From Octopus vulgaris (Eukaryota): DNA of 64,000 nucleotides. Below, piece after piece: positions 1 through 13,496 of this stretch; positions within the stretch are counted from its first letter, which is position 1, and each line of letters begins with the position of its first letter. Below the pieces are notes generated by a model. The model was not told where the DNA came from and ran no database searches. It was given only the letters and a program-made list of their open reading frames with translations. Position numbers and translations under genes: made by a program. The stretch spans positions 65,348,001 to 65,412,000 of the forward strand of contig OX597815.1 in the NCBI GenBank assembly GCA_951406725.2, read 5' to 3'.

Positions 1-833
1 CCCAGGTTTTCCTGGGTCTACCTCTTCCACGGGTTCCCTCAACTGCTAGGGATTGGCACTTTCTCACACACCTATCTTCATCCATTCTTGCCACATGACC
101 ATACCAGCACAATCGTCTCTCTTGCACACCACAACTGATGCTTCTTAGGTACAACATTTCTCTCAAGGTACTAACACTCTGTCGAGTAAGTACACTGACA
201 TTACACATCCATCGGAGCATACTGGCTTCATTCCTCATGAGCTTACGCATGTCCTCAGCAGTCACGGCCCATGTTTCACTGCCATGTAGCATGGCTGTTC
301 GTACACATGCATCATACAGTCTGCCTTTTACTCTGAGCGAGAGGCCTTTAGTCACCAGCAGAGGTAAGAGCTCCCTAAACTTTGCCCAGGCTATTCTTAT
401 TCTAGCAGTTACACTTTCAGCGCACCCACCCCCACTACTGACTTGGTCACCTAGATAATGGAAGCTATCAACTACTTCTAGTTTTTCCCCCTGGAAAGTG
501 ACGGAAGTTGTTTTCTGCAGATTTTCGGAGGTCAATGCTCCCGAGCATCTGCCACATACAAAAACTATCTTCCCAGTTAGCCTACCTTTGACATTGCTGC
601 ACCTCTTATGTGTCCATAGCTTACACTGGGTACATCTTATAGAGTTTCTACCTACACCTTTTCTACAGATCGAGCAGGGCCATCTTCCTGAAGACATTTG
701 TGGATTGTCTACCTTTCTACTTATTAGTACTTTGGTTTTAGCTAGATTGACTCTAAGGCCCCTCGATTCTAAACCCTCCTTCCACACCTGGAACTTCTCC
801 TCCAGTTCTGATAGTGACTCAGCAATTAGAGCA

Positions 834-835
<2 letters not shown>
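1..835 (-). mobile_element. RTE-clade LINE fragment (RT C-terminal part with PHD-type finger), 5'-truncated at a (TA)n tract
   Basis: The minus strand encodes ...GLRVNLAKTKVL...WPCSICRKGVGRNSIRCTQCKLWTHKRC...MLHGSETWAVT...RGRPRKTW. It is near-identical to 59920-60970 (+). Confidence 0.93.
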
Positions 836-896
<61 letters not shown>

Positions 897-906
897 TATA
901 CATACA

Positions 907-2175
907 CAGTCATGTAGGAAGTAAATAGACGCCTTTAATTTTCAAAATTTCTAATCTAAGCATCTTAATATGTTTTCGGCGTTGTAGAATTTACAATGTA
1001 TTTATTCTTTTTCATTCCAGGTGCCATTATATTAAACATTTGGGAAGAGTAACCATGCCACACACAAAAAATTCAGTAGAACTGTCAGATTTTCAAAGAG
1101 GTCATATTGTTGGGCAATCTGAGGCTGGTTGTAGCCAGTAAAAAATTGCCGAAAATCTTCAAATTCCTCTTGCTACTGTTAATAGAATTATAGTGCAATT
1201 CAAAATCTAAGGAAGAGTATCAATAGATTCTCGTCCTGGCTGACCTGGGTCCTCGGAAAGGAAGCTTCGTTGTTTGAAGAGAATTGTGGAAAAGGAACCC
1301 CATTCGAAGGCTTCTGACATTGCAAAACAGCTAGAAGTTAGTCCAAAAATGTGTGTTACATATCTGCATAAGCTTGGGTATTATGGACGAGCATCTAGAA
1401 GAAAATCTCTCTTTCAACCAATTAATATCATGAAAAGAAAGAAATGGGCTAAGGAGATGTCAGAAAAATTCAGTTCATTTTGGGATAGAGTGATTTTCTC
1501 AGATGAATCCAGATTTGCATTAATTTCAGACAGTGGACGTGTTTGTGTCTGGAGGCTTCCCAATCAAGAATTTGATTTGAAACAACTCCAACCAACTGTG
1601 AAACAAGGTGGTATCTCTGTAATGGTATGGGGAGCTGTCACCAGCAATGGTTGTTCTGAGCTGATTGAATGTGTTGGAACAATAAACTATGAAAAATACA
1701 CCGAAATACTTAAGCAAGGACTACTTCTGTTGTAGTCACATGATAACAATGAAAAATTAGTTTTTTTTCATGGAAGATGGGGCTCCATGCCACACAGCAA
1801 AAAAGAATCAACAATGGCTGACTGAAAATGGGATCAAAAAGCTCCCTTGGCTGAGCCAATCTCCTAGCATGAATCCAATTGAAAACCTTTGGAGCATACT
1901 AGATAGAGCTATGTGAAAAACTCGACAGAAACCTAAATCTAAAGATGAATTGTTTTGATTGTTGCATGAAAAGTGGGCAGACATTCCACAAGAGACAATC
2001 ACAAAGCTCATCAGTTCTGGGCCAAAAAGAGTTTCTGAATTAAAAGCTGCAAAGGGAATGCCAACTAAATTCTAAAGTATGTAGTCCTAATTATCGATTA
2101 CATTTCAATTGTTCGCTTTGCATGTTAAATAAAAGATTTTGAAAATTAAAGGTGTCTATTTACTTCCTGCATGTC

Positions 2176-2177
<2 letters not shown>
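907..2177 (+). mobile_element. Tc1-family DNA transposon, full length, decayed
   Basis: About 42-bp TIRs (cagtcatgtaggaagtaaatagacgcctttaattttcaaaat and its reverse complement ending at 2177) enclose a transposase pseudogene. Confidence 0.93.
1055..2075 (+). pseudogene. Tc1 DD34E-type transposase pseudogene
   Basis: N-terminus MPHTKNSVELSDFQRGHIVG, then IFSDES, VMVWGAV, FMEDGAPCH and WLSQSPSMNPIENLW. Several in-frame stops and a frameshift. Confidence 0.92.
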
Positions 2178-2209
<32 letters not shown>

Positions 2210-2210
<1 letters not shown>

Positions 2211-2364
2211 GACAGGCTTCGTTCAATTTTTTCTACCAAGTCCACTAATAAGGCTTTGGTCGGCCCAAGGCTATAGTAAAAGACACTTACCCAAGGTGCT
2301 ACACAGTGGGACTGAACCCAAAACTATATGGTTGGGAAGCAAGCTTTTTACCACACAGCCATCA
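2210..2364 (-). mobile_element. tRNA-derived SINE, 5' part (same family as 16164-16568)
   Basis: The minus strand has A box tggctgtgtggtaa and B-box-like gggttcagtccc, then ccttgggtaagtgtctt. Confidence 0.85.
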
Positions 2365-3209
2365 TGATGAATTTACCACACTCTGTTAGATGGCCAATGA
2401 AAAACAAAACTCATCCAGTCATATATCAGCACTAAAACTTCATTACTAGCATATACTTTCATTGCTTTCAAGGGTTTTAAACATATGCTACTGGAGATAT
2501 AAGAATATTACATGTTTATGCATGTAAAAATACAACGACAATACATGTCCTACATGTAATAGATTGAATCTATTGACCAATTAATGGATGAAGCAGCAAT
2601 TTCCAGCTATTTTTACAGCAATATATCAAATCTTGATGAAAAATAATTATTTTAATGTCTTTACAAACATTTTTGCTTATTTATTGTCATGTGATATGGT
2701 TAAATAGTGGTAAATGTTTGAGTTCAAAATAAGGAATTATTGTGGAAAAGGAGGGAAATAAGAGAATGAAAGTAGAAGTAAAATATAAAACATTGTAGTT
2801 GCAGTTCCATTATTCGAGTTAAGTGGTGTATAGAAGTATAAAACACAACCCCTTGACACTACTAAATAAATATAATTAGGCCCTAAGTACATGCAGCCAC
2901 TGCTTTTTTCATACCTTCAAATTTTACCACAAATTTAAATGCAACCTAAATAACCACACAGCATATATCCACAACAACCCCTAGGTAACAACCCTACTTA
3001 ACTTTCCTTTATCTCCCTTTTTATTTTTAATTTATAATCTTTAATTTTTTAACTTTACTTTAGGGATCTCAGTCATTTAATACTACATATATGGACAAAC
3101 AAACGGATACATGTGTGTGTGTAAATGTGTGCGCATGTATTTTTATGTATGTATTATGTATGTATGTATATGTATGTGGGTATGTGTGATCTCTTGAGCA
3201 CCACCATCA

Positions 3210-3391
3210 AAAAAATTTTTTTCCTCTGTCTTCCCTTCTCGGGATCTTTCCTTCTCTTTTGTTTCCGACGAAGAGCTCCGCTCAAAACGTTAAACCCTCC
3301 TTCCCTTCTTTCCTGAGCGTCAAATAATACTTTAATTGTTCCACGTCCTCGCGTTGCTGTGTTTTTTTCTGTGTTTTCTTGTTTGGATTAA

Positions 3392-3395
<4 letters not shown>
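3210..3395 (+). mobile_element. Short repeat with hammerhead-like motif (probably Penelope-like element terminus); second copy at 24326-24525 (-)
   Basis: About 180 bp shared with 24326-24525. Both end ...tttggattaact against (TA)n and carry CCGACGA-A-GAGC-TCC-GCTC-(G/A)AAAC. Confidence 0.65.
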
Positions 3396-3474
<79 letters not shown>

Positions 3475-4581
3475 GTATGTGTGTGTATGTCTGTAAATCC
3501 ATATGTATATAGAAATATATATGAGTGTGTGTATGTGCATATATGTATACATAAGTACTTTGTTCACATGTGCATGTGACAGTGTGTAAGCACATATGCA
3601 TATGCATGTATATGTATATGTATGCACACACATATGCATGCATGAATACATTTATGGATGCACATGAGCATGCGCATGTATGTATATTAGTGTGTATATG
3701 TGTATGTATATATGTATGTGTGTGTGTGTGCGTATGCATGAGCACACATGTATATGTATGTGTGCATGTACATATGTCATTATACCTTCTTTCCTCCTCT
3801 CTGATTCCTACCTATCACATACATCTATCGAAATTTTCATCCTTGTATTCTTCCCTCACTTTAAATTTTACTACTAAAACTGCTATTCACTTTGGTATTA
3901 CTCCACCCATACCTTTTCTCTACCCATACCTTAATACAGCCCTATCATATCATCCCTACTCAAATATCTCAAACTTATTCACTCCTTCCCTTCTTACAGC
4001 TTCCTATCCACCCCTCCCCACTCCTCTCCCATCCTCCCATCACATTATCTTGACCACCAACTAACACTCCTTTTCTCATTTCTGTTGCCTTTTCTTCACT
4101 TTTCTTTCTTTTTTCCTCTTTCCACTTTTTCTTCTCTCTCTTCTTTTTATTACTATTTTTTCTTTTTCTTTTTTCTTTCTTTCTTCCTCTCATTTTCTCT
4201 TCCTGTCTTCATTTTGACCTATCTCCTCTTTCTAATCATATACATCTTCCTAACCCCTGCCCATCCACAAATACTACCAATACATTCTCAAATTTTCATT
4301 CACACCACAAAACCCCTTTGAATGAGCAACACAGAATCCATGGCTCCATACTTAGAAATTATTAAACATGAACTACTATTGGAACTTACCATGTACAGGA
4401 AACATTTTTACTACTTCTATACACCACTTTACTCGAATAATGAAACTGCAACTACAATGTTTTATATTTTACTTCTATTTTCATTCTCTTATTTGCCTCT
4501 CTATTCCCTATGTCCTCCTTTACCACAATAATTCCTTATTTCAAACTCAAACATTTACCTCTTTTTAACCATCTTAAATCA

Positions 4582-4627
4582 TCTCTCATGAAGGGATATC
4601 CATAATATCTCAGAAACAGCTGTAAGA
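4582..4627 (+). ncRNA. Minimal type-I hammerhead-like motif (G5 mutated)
   Basis: TCT-CTCATGA-A-GGGATAT ccata ATATCTC-A-GAA-ACAGCTGT-A-AGA, with palindromic stem III. Confidence 0.55.
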
Positions 4628-5294
4628 CTATATCTATATCTTTTTCTTATAAATGTTCTGAAAATTCCTCACAGCCTTGGCTTTGTTATCTCTTTTTGTC
4701 TATATATATATATTTTATATTAAATTAGAGATAAAACCACTATTAGGCAAATCAAACAGTGAAAAACATAAGCCAATACATAAAATTAATTTTAAAATAT
4801 AAAAGTTAAAAATAAAAAATTATTTAAATAATTTAAACTTATAAATTTTATATATATATACAAATATATATATATATGTATGTATGTATATTTTTATATT
4901 TATATATTATTTTATTTATTAATTAATTAATTAATTTTTTTTTATATATATCAAAAGTATTAAAAGTTTAATAAAAGATAAAGAGTAAAACACTATGATT
5001 GTTTCATGGCTGTACCAATTCGAATAACAATAATTTAAATTCAATTAATAATTCGAGTTATGGTTACAGTCAATCTTCAGGTTAATTGAAATATTTTTAA
5101 AATAATCAGAAATATTTAAACAATATTTTTAAGATATAAATAATATAATAAGCATTAATAAATCTCTTTTACTTATAATAAACTCTATAATCAAACTAGA
5201 AACTTAAAACTTAACAATTAGGATTATATCAAAATCGATTATAATGTTAAATATTAATTTTAATTTATAAGGTAAGAAACCCACCAATTATATA

Positions 5295-5588
5295 CAGTGG
5301 CGGCCAAAATGTTCAGAACGGCATTGTTTTCGTCAGAAAAGTAGATATAATTTTTTATCAAAGTTGTTTTATATTCTGATCATTTTGGCCGCCATGGGTT
5401 TTGCTGTAAATCACTAAATCATCCATAACTTTTGTATTATCCTCTCAAATTACACCAAAATCTCAGACAATAACAAATAATATTGTATTTATTGTGTGTG
5501 AAAATTATAGAATATAAAACAACTTTGATAAAAAATTATATTTACTTTTCTGACGAAAACAATGCCGTTCTGAACATTTTGGCCGCAA

Positions 5589-5591
<3 letters not shown>
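5295..5591. mobile_element. Tc1/mariner-type MITE
   Basis: About 90-bp TIRs (cagtggcggccaaaatgttcagaacggcattgttttcgtcagaaaag...), flanked by TA on both sides. Confidence 0.9.
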
Positions 5592-5653
<62 letters not shown>

Positions 5654-6119
5654 TTAATTAGAGGATATATGAACCATGTAATCATATTGATATTTTGCTC
5701 GTAAATTACAAATGAAAATTTAATGCATAAATTTGTAATTTATTTAATGAGTACAAATGGAAACAGTTGTAGAATGAAATGATTCTAAATTCATAAATAA
5801 ATAAATATTAACCAACAACTCTCCATTTTCTTTTCTTAATTTAATACAGATTATATGTATATATATATGTCTATAATGATTTAATACACAACCAAAAGAG
5901 CTACTAATAGTTTCATGCTTTTATGATACTGTAAATAAGCTTATTTATCAAATGCATCATGTCTCTGAACAATATTTCAGGCTCTGTCTTTTGTTTTTGT
6001 TTTTGTACGATTTTGAACCATGTGTGTGTAGTAATAAGACAACTGACCTTTATACTGGCTGGTCAATAGGGATAAACATCCTTCTGGTAAACATCTATTA
6101 ATGTTGTCTCACCTGAACA

Positions 6120-6510
6120 AATATGAAGATGATCTACCCAATGCCCATGGACACTATGGACTACACTGTAATCATCCCAGTGATCTTAAGAGACCTGTGA
6201 TTTGTGGAAATGCATGTGTAGTGATGCATTAAATGTTTATAAATTCCATCCAAGGATTGTTGTTGTAATATTTATCCTACATTATATCAGTACAGCTCAA
6301 TGCAGCCCCTAAAACTGGTTCACCAGTCAGAATCATTAGACTATAGCCAGCATAATGGAATAGGAGGTTTATTTGCATATTCAAAATGTTCCCAGAAATG
6401 CTGATATAATCAAATATAAAACTAGTTTAAAGGATATACCTTTGAAAATGGCTTTGTTTCATTGGTCCTTTCAACTAATGGTCTTAAGCATGCAATGAGC
6501 AAAATAAATT
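6120..6510. repeat. Unclassified interspersed repeat with inverted copies at 7020-7125 and 8812-9122
   Basis: Reverse-complement matches seen directly, e.g. ggaataggaggtttatttgcatattcaaa versus tttgaatatgcaaataaacctcctattcc. Confidence 0.8.
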
Positions 6511-6787
6511 CAGTATAAATTCCTCTTGTAAAATCGAAGAAAACCTTAAATTGAAGCACTGGTAAATAATTATATACAAAATATAAATCAATACATTAAA
6601 ATTAAAATTTTAAATTTTCACACTGTATTAAATAAATATTTTTTCAGCAGCATATATACATACTAAGCCATTTATAATACACATATATACACTAAATATA
6701 CACAGATACACGTACATAGTTATATACATATTACAGTATTTGAGTACTCTTTTTACCACCTTGTTTCACATTTATGTGCTTATTCCA

Positions 6788-6845
<58 letters not shown>

Positions 6846-6858
6846 ATGATGATGATGA

Positions 6859-6935
<77 letters not shown>

Positions 6936-8700
6936 TGTATGTATTTTGAATCCGCTCTTTGATTTAAGATTTTCCTCGATTTTTATAATAGGTTGAGTTT
7001 TTATTGAATTCATTTATTTTGTTTATTTTGTTCATTGCATGCTTAAGACTGTTAATTGAAAGGACCAATGAAACAAATCCATTTTTAAAGGTGTATTCTT
7101 CAACTAGTTTTGATCATATCATTATTTCGGTTCTATTTTAACAAAACTGTCCGATGAACAGAAACGTGAAGCTCTGAGTAACAGCTTTTGTTATATTTTC
7201 TGCTGCTTTTAAATCAAGCATATATATGTTATATTTGCCTAGGTGCATATTTAGCCTTCCAAAGTAGGTTTGGTCTAATCCATGGCAAATGAAACTAACA
7301 CAGAAGATGGAGAACTCTAATAGAAAGTTTATCTAATTAAAATGTCTACCTTTTGCAATTAGTCTTGATAGATTAGTCTTCAAATGCAAATTCAGAAACA
7401 GCCTTTACCACCTTAGTACTTTACATGTACTAAACAATATAATAATTAACCATTAAAGCCAGATGGTTCCTTATCATAATCATTATCATCGTCATTGTTG
7501 TCATTTTCATCATCATCATCAGCAGCAGCAGCATTATCATGGCCATCATTTTAATGTCCACTTTTTTGTGCTTGCACAGATAAGATGGAATTTGTTGAGG
7601 ATGATTTTCTACAATTAAATGCTCTTCCTTATCATCCATCACCTTTTTCCAAGCAAGATTTATTCCTCTATGACCAGATGTTTTCACAGAAGTTTGGAAA
7701 TGAATGATATCTTTTGCTCATTTACAACAACCATGTAATGTCAAAAGTAGGAGGCACAAACATACACACACACATATATATATGCATACATACATATGTG
7801 TTCACCAAATCCATTCACAAGGCTATGGTCAGCTTGGAGCTACTGTAGGAGACACTTATCCAAGGTGCTATGCAATGGAACTGAACCTGAAACTATTCAC
7901 TTTGAAAGTAAAGTTCCTAACCACACAAATATGCCTGCACCAGTATGTGTATGTGCCACACAATGGGACTGAACCTGGAACTATATGGTAGGGAAGTAAG
8001 CTTCTTACTATACTGCTACACCTTGTTGCTGAAAAAAATTAGGAATGTGTAACCTATATGATGCATGGACACCAGGGAAATATGTCCTGTGTATCTCATG
8101 TGATTCTCCTGACAGGCAAAGGGTTAACACTAGAATAGTTTTCAAGAAAAGCATGCAAAGCTTAAGAAGCACTACTTTTTCGTTCCCTTGTCCTAAAACT
8201 TGATTGTCTTTATGTCTACTTCTTTGAATTTCTTTAAAGAAGGAGAAACTCTTGGCATTGTCCAACACTGTGTAAAACTGAGTAACTGTTATGATCCTGA
8301 GAGTTTATAAGAAACTTAAAACTTCACTAGGGAAGGAAATGCCAAATTAGGTGAAGTTATTTGCAGAATGAAGTGTTAAGATTGCCAATTAATTATTACA
8401 GAATTGTATGGAAACCTGGGGGAATCAAAATTAAGAAAATATTTGAATTCTAATACTAAAATAAAATGGCCTTTTCTATCTTGCTTTTTTTTTTTCTGTT
8501 GCACAAAAAACCAGTTTTTGAATGTCGGTTGGCACAATTATGACTCCATATTCCATGTCATTGTGTGGTACCTGGGGCAAGAGTCTTGTAGTACAGCTCC
8601 AGGTTCACCAAAGTTTTATGAATGAAGTTGGGAGAAAGACACTGAAAGAATTCCATTGTGTGTGTATGTATACATACACATACATACATACATACATACA

Positions 8701-8734
<34 letters not shown>

Positions 8735-8740
8735 CATACA

Positions 8741-8793
<53 letters not shown>

Positions 8794-9566
8794 ATGTGTA
8801 TGTATATATATGTATATCTTTTAAATTTGTTTACAGGAAACACTTTGAATATGCAAATAAACCTCCTATTCCATTACGCTGGCCACAGTCTAATGATGCT
8901 GACTGGTGAACCAGTATTTTGGGATTGCATCGAGCTGTACTGATATAATGTAGGGTAAATATAATAATAACAATAATACTTGGATGGAATTTATAAACAT
9001 TTAATGCATTGCTACATGCACATTTCCACAAATCACAGGTCTCTTAAGATCACAGTTTGAATTCCTAGGATGATTATAATGTAGTTTATAGTATCCACGG
9101 GCATCGGTTTGATCATCTGCATGGATGTTTATATATAACACAACAGATGGATTGTGGTTCTCTACAGCTGTTTCAGATGTTTGGCTCTGGAGTCTATAGA
9201 CGGTAGTACAATAACTGCAGTGAGCATACCCATGTGTGCACTTGATGACATTTTGTGTATTCAGTCAGTGACTTATGAATGTATGACTAACTGGTGAACA
9301 AATTCATGTTTACTGTAGTGAGTATGTACATTTCAATATACATTGTTTGTACACAAAAGTATAATTGCCAACCTGACTTTGGTACTCTCACTTTTTAAAA
9401 ATATTTGATTCTCTAGAAATCTGGAAATTTTATTTATATATATTTTATAGTAATAAGGAGTAAATATTCAGAAGTGAATATTTATATAGATATTATTATT
9501 GTTATTATTATCTGCAGTAATATAAATAATTGATAATGACAACAACAATAATATAGGTGGTTGCAG

Positions 9567-10031
9567 GCCTAAAATAGCATTAGATAGCTATAGAATTAAA
9601 CTCTATATCAATCATAAGGGCACACAAGGCATCTACCTGCATATAAAGAGGAATTAAAATCCTCATTTAAACCATCAATAACACTGAAAAATACAATAGA
9701 AAATCAGAAAATCTGCCGAATGTTCAAAGTAACAAGTTGAAAATCTTTTCAATTTGAAAGACTTGTTGATGAAGGTAAGGCTTTTCACCAGAACCAGAAA
9801 TCATGATCCGAGTATATCCAAATACCAAAATATATAGCATTGGGCTATATTGGTATGTTAAAAATTATTTTACCCATTCACCCGACTACTGTTGATTAAT
9901 TGTCATATTTTTCAGTGTTATCGGTGGTTTAACTGAGGGTTTTAATTCCTCTTTCTAGCAGGTAGGTGCCTTGTGTACCCTTATGATTGATATAGAGTTT
10001 AATTCTATAGCTATCTAATGCTATTTAAGGC
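9567..10031. mobile_element. Element with about 130-bp inverted arms and a central hammerhead-like motif
   Basis: 9567-9697 is the reverse complement of about 9903-10031 (gcctaaaatagcattagatagctatagaattaaactctatatcaatcataaggg...). The motif lies at 9761-9813. Confidence 0.8.
9761..9813 (+). ncRNA. Type-I hammerhead ribozyme-like motif (C3U variant)
   Basis: ACTTG-TTGATGA-A-GGT...ACC-A-GAA-ATCATGAT-C-CGAGT: 5-bp stem I, palindromic stem III, AUC cleavage triplet. Confidence 0.6.
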
Positions 10032-11084
10032 TATTGTAGAAGTAGTTTGGGGAAATCCCAGCTGTTTCTTCTTAAAACACATTCAGAAATTCCTTACATG
10101 TAAAACTTTGTAATTCCTATAAGCCATGGAAACAAGCCGTGCAAGCACCAGTTGCAGGTGATGACAAGCTTTTACTTGACATTGTAAAATAGTTTGATAG
10201 TTTTTAACATTTAGAAATTTCATTAAGTCACTTTTTCTTGAGTTGGCATTTCTGGTATCTGCTTAAGTACTTTCTTAAAAACATTGCTATTCCTCTTTGG
10301 GCTTAGACCTCTGTGAAAAAAAAATTGGGGTAATATTTTCATTAGCCACAAGACAGATCAATCAAGATAAGGGAAAGAGGCAGCGAATGCGCTGTTCTCT
10401 TATTGGCTGAAAATCATCAAATTTTGAACACCTGTAACATTTTTGCAAAATTTTTCTGGAATAAATGAATAACAAATTCGGAATCAGTGTTAAAAATTAC
10501 ATCTATATGATGCATTAAATAAATTTTTTAAAGATAATTGCAAACAGTGATGAAAGCCACAAAGATAAACACAAATTCACAAAAATATTCTGAAAATATC
10601 AAAAAGTATTTTTCTGGGACAGAATAGCTGTACCACCCTTCGTTATTTTATTATATATTCCACATTCTGACTTGCTCCATTATCCAGTTAAGATTGGAAA
10701 TGTTTGTTTTTTAGAAATATTCAATTTGGAATGTGCTATATTGTTTTTGGATAAATCTTAACTTTGTGCTGTAAGTTTCTTATTTTGAGAAATATTTAAC
10801 TTGTAATGTACTATTTATAGCATTAAATGCATATTGACTGCTTAAAACTATAAAATACGTGTTGTTTACTCGTTTTTTTTTTTGTCATTGTGGTGGTTTT
10901 GAAGTGTGCTAAAAATAACAGGTAAATAGACCTTAATCACACACCCCTACAGTTTTTTTGTTTTTTTTTGCATAATTGTATCAAGTCCCATGTGTAGAAT
11001 ACAAATTTGCAAAAATTGCCTGGAAATTCCAAAATATATATATATTATTATGAGGGGTTTATATGGCATTCTTAAAGCCCTGGG

Positions 11085-11975
11085 CAGAGGTTTTTTTTTT
11101 TTTCTACAGAAACCCACTTTTTTTACCGCGGAGATTCTGAATCTGCAAAAAAATCGGCATTTCAAAATTTTAATTCTCTTGCCAATTTTTCATTCTTTTT
11201 TTTTAGAAATTCTTTTTGGTGAAATATGTAGAAAAATACAGAGATTATGATTCTGAAAAAAGAATTTTGTAAAATTTCAATTTTTCAAAAAAAAAATAAA
11301 ATAAATAAAACACCCCTCCCCTCCTACTAAAATAGCGGACATAAAAAGTATCTAAACAGAAAACTTGACATGCTAGAAACAGCAGCGAAATGACGAATCA
11401 CGTTTTCAAAATTTTAATTTCCCCACCCCCTTTTTTTTCTTTGTCAGAGGGGTGTAGAGGGAGAAAATTAAAATTTTGAAAATGTGTTTTTTGGGTTTTC
11501 AAAATCTTCAATTTTTAAGTATGCTCCAACCAGAAAGTTCGACAAGTTAGAAGCAACAACCAAACTGACAATCCACTTTCTAAATACGAATTATCAAAAA
11601 ATAAAAAAAATTTTTAAATATCATTTTGTTGTCATGTGTGTAAAAAAAACAAACTAAATTCTATATACCTCTCTTAATTCCAAAAGACCCTCAACCACAA
11701 CATGTTTACTTTCTGTCACAGATGTGCTGGCAGAGGGGAAGGTGTTTACTTAATTATTAATCTTTGGAAAATTGAAATTTTATAAAAAGTTTTTTTTTTC
11801 AGAATAATAATCTCCATATTTTTCTATGTATTTCATCAAAAGAGTTTCTTAAAAAAGTGAAAAATTGGAGGCGAGGATGCGGTAGGTTGATTAAAATTTT
11901 GAAATGCTGATTTTTTTTTTTTTGCAGATTTGGAATCTCTGCAGTCAAAAAAGTGGATTTCTGTAGAAACCTCCA
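11085..11975. mobile_element. Long-TIR non-autonomous DNA element (foldback/MITE-like)
   Basis: About 200-bp imperfect inverted arms at 11085-11290 and 11767-11975 (tttctacagaaacccactttt / aaaagtggatttctgtagaaa). Confidence 0.75.
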
Positions 11976-12039
11976 CCAAAAAAAAAAAAAAAACTGAAAG
12001 GGGGTGCTATGCAGAGGAAATGAATTCATATATATATAT

Positions 12040-12626
12040 ATATATATGTAAAACTCAACTTGTATGTCTGTGTGTGTATCTGTGTGTGCGTCTGTGTGTT
12101 TAACTTCCCAGCACATCTCCTCCAAGCCAACAAATCGTAGAACCACCAAAAATGGGTCACTTAAAGTTTAGGCGAATGAAAATTGAACTGCACTATTTCT
12201 GTTCCGAAATTCATCTCGCAAGTGCAAAAATTGAATAGTGCATTGAATAGTGAACTTTACTCAGTCAGCTGTTTGACGTGAACTGTGTTCATCACGCGTG
12301 CAAGCATGTGTAAATTGCATGAAAAATAAAAAATCAAGATATAAAAACGAATCGCCGTAAACATTGTAGAAATTCGACAAAGAAATGAATTTTCGGGATG
12401 TAGCCTGGAGGGTTTTTTCATATTAATCGTTTGGACTTTGTGAACACATACCAATTGTTTTCATAACATTTTTAATGCTTTGAATTAAATGTGACTATTT
12501 TGTGTTGAGTCTGTAGTTTGAATCATTTTAACTAAATTTTAGCAAATTTTTTATCATCACGATGCATCGCCAGCGACTCCCTGATACTCTCCCCTGAAAT
12601 CCCCGTTGAGCTGGGCAATACTGCTA

Positions 12627-12628
<2 letters not shown>
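12040..12628 (+). mobile_element. Non-autonomous Helitron-like element
   Basis: 5' (TA)-rich start followed by a (TG/TCTG) microsatellite. The 3' end is a GC hairpin cccgttgagctggg followed by ...tgCTAGt. Confidence 0.7.
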
Positions 12629-12665
<37 letters not shown>

Positions 12666-12666
<1 letters not shown>

Positions 12667-13495
12667 TAGCAGAATTGCCCGGCGTTGCTCGGGGCTGAAT
12701 TGCTTGAAAGTACTGTTAATGATTGCACTGAATTATGATGATTATTCAGGCAAATATTGATATAAGCTTACGGTGGGAGATAAGGACTTAACGATCAAAC
12801 GTGTGCCATTGCATTGTTTTGGGGGAACCAAATTTCTGATGAGCATTATAGGGGCACCAACTTTAAGTTTGAGAAAGTGTGGTGGTAGTCCGGGGTGCTC
12901 AAAGGAATTGAGTACCTCTATTGGATAGTTGATGACGTCCTCTGGGTCAGGAGTTGTATCGATAGACTGATATACATAGACTTCCCCAGGAATGAGTTTT
13001 AGCATTTCATCATTAATATGGTGAACAGTTTTATTCCTCGGGGCCAGTATAGCCTTTTTGCCAATCCAATCCATATTCTGATAATTAGCTTGTAGATCTT
13101 AGAACACTGCATCTCTGAGATCAGAAGGCGTCTTAACAATGGTACAAATGGAATCGATGGCTATATTACCATTTTCATCCCCTGGTATTTTGCCTTCGCC
13201 AAGTGCAAGGAGGGTGTGAGGAAATGCTGCTGATGTGATATTACGTCGCATATGAGCACGCATATTGGTGTGAAGTTTGAGAGTTACTTCCGTTTATTTT
13301 AAAAAATATGCATTAAAATAGAAAAAAATGATGGTAAATTATTTGTAAAATCATAGACTCATCGTAGACGCGCGCTAATACCCAGAAGGGCTCGATATGA
13401 ATCACGACTATAAGATACCCGGTTTTAAAATGTGGGAGTAGTTAGGAATCTAAATCGGAGTAGACAGACACACAACCTTTCTTTTATATATAAAT
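12666..13495 (-). mobile_element. Helitron fragment carrying a PIF1-like helicase segment
   Basis: ORF 12742-13074 has KAILAPRN, EVLNSFEHPGLPPHFLKLKVGAPIMLIRNLVPPKQCNGTRL, with upstream KLHTNMR. The minus-strand 3' end is hairpin cccgagcaacgccggg plus CTAG. Confidence 0.9.
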
Positions 13496-13496
13496 A

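Noticed and set aside
138-917. Plus-strand ORFs 138-458 and 498-917, and similar ones at 20902, 21244, 59461 and 59960
   Set aside because: Antisense shadows of RTE coding sequence.
3379-3877. ORFs rich in YI, HT, CV or MY repeats here and throughout the track
   Set aside because: They are translations of (TA)n, (CA)n and (TACA)n microsatellites.
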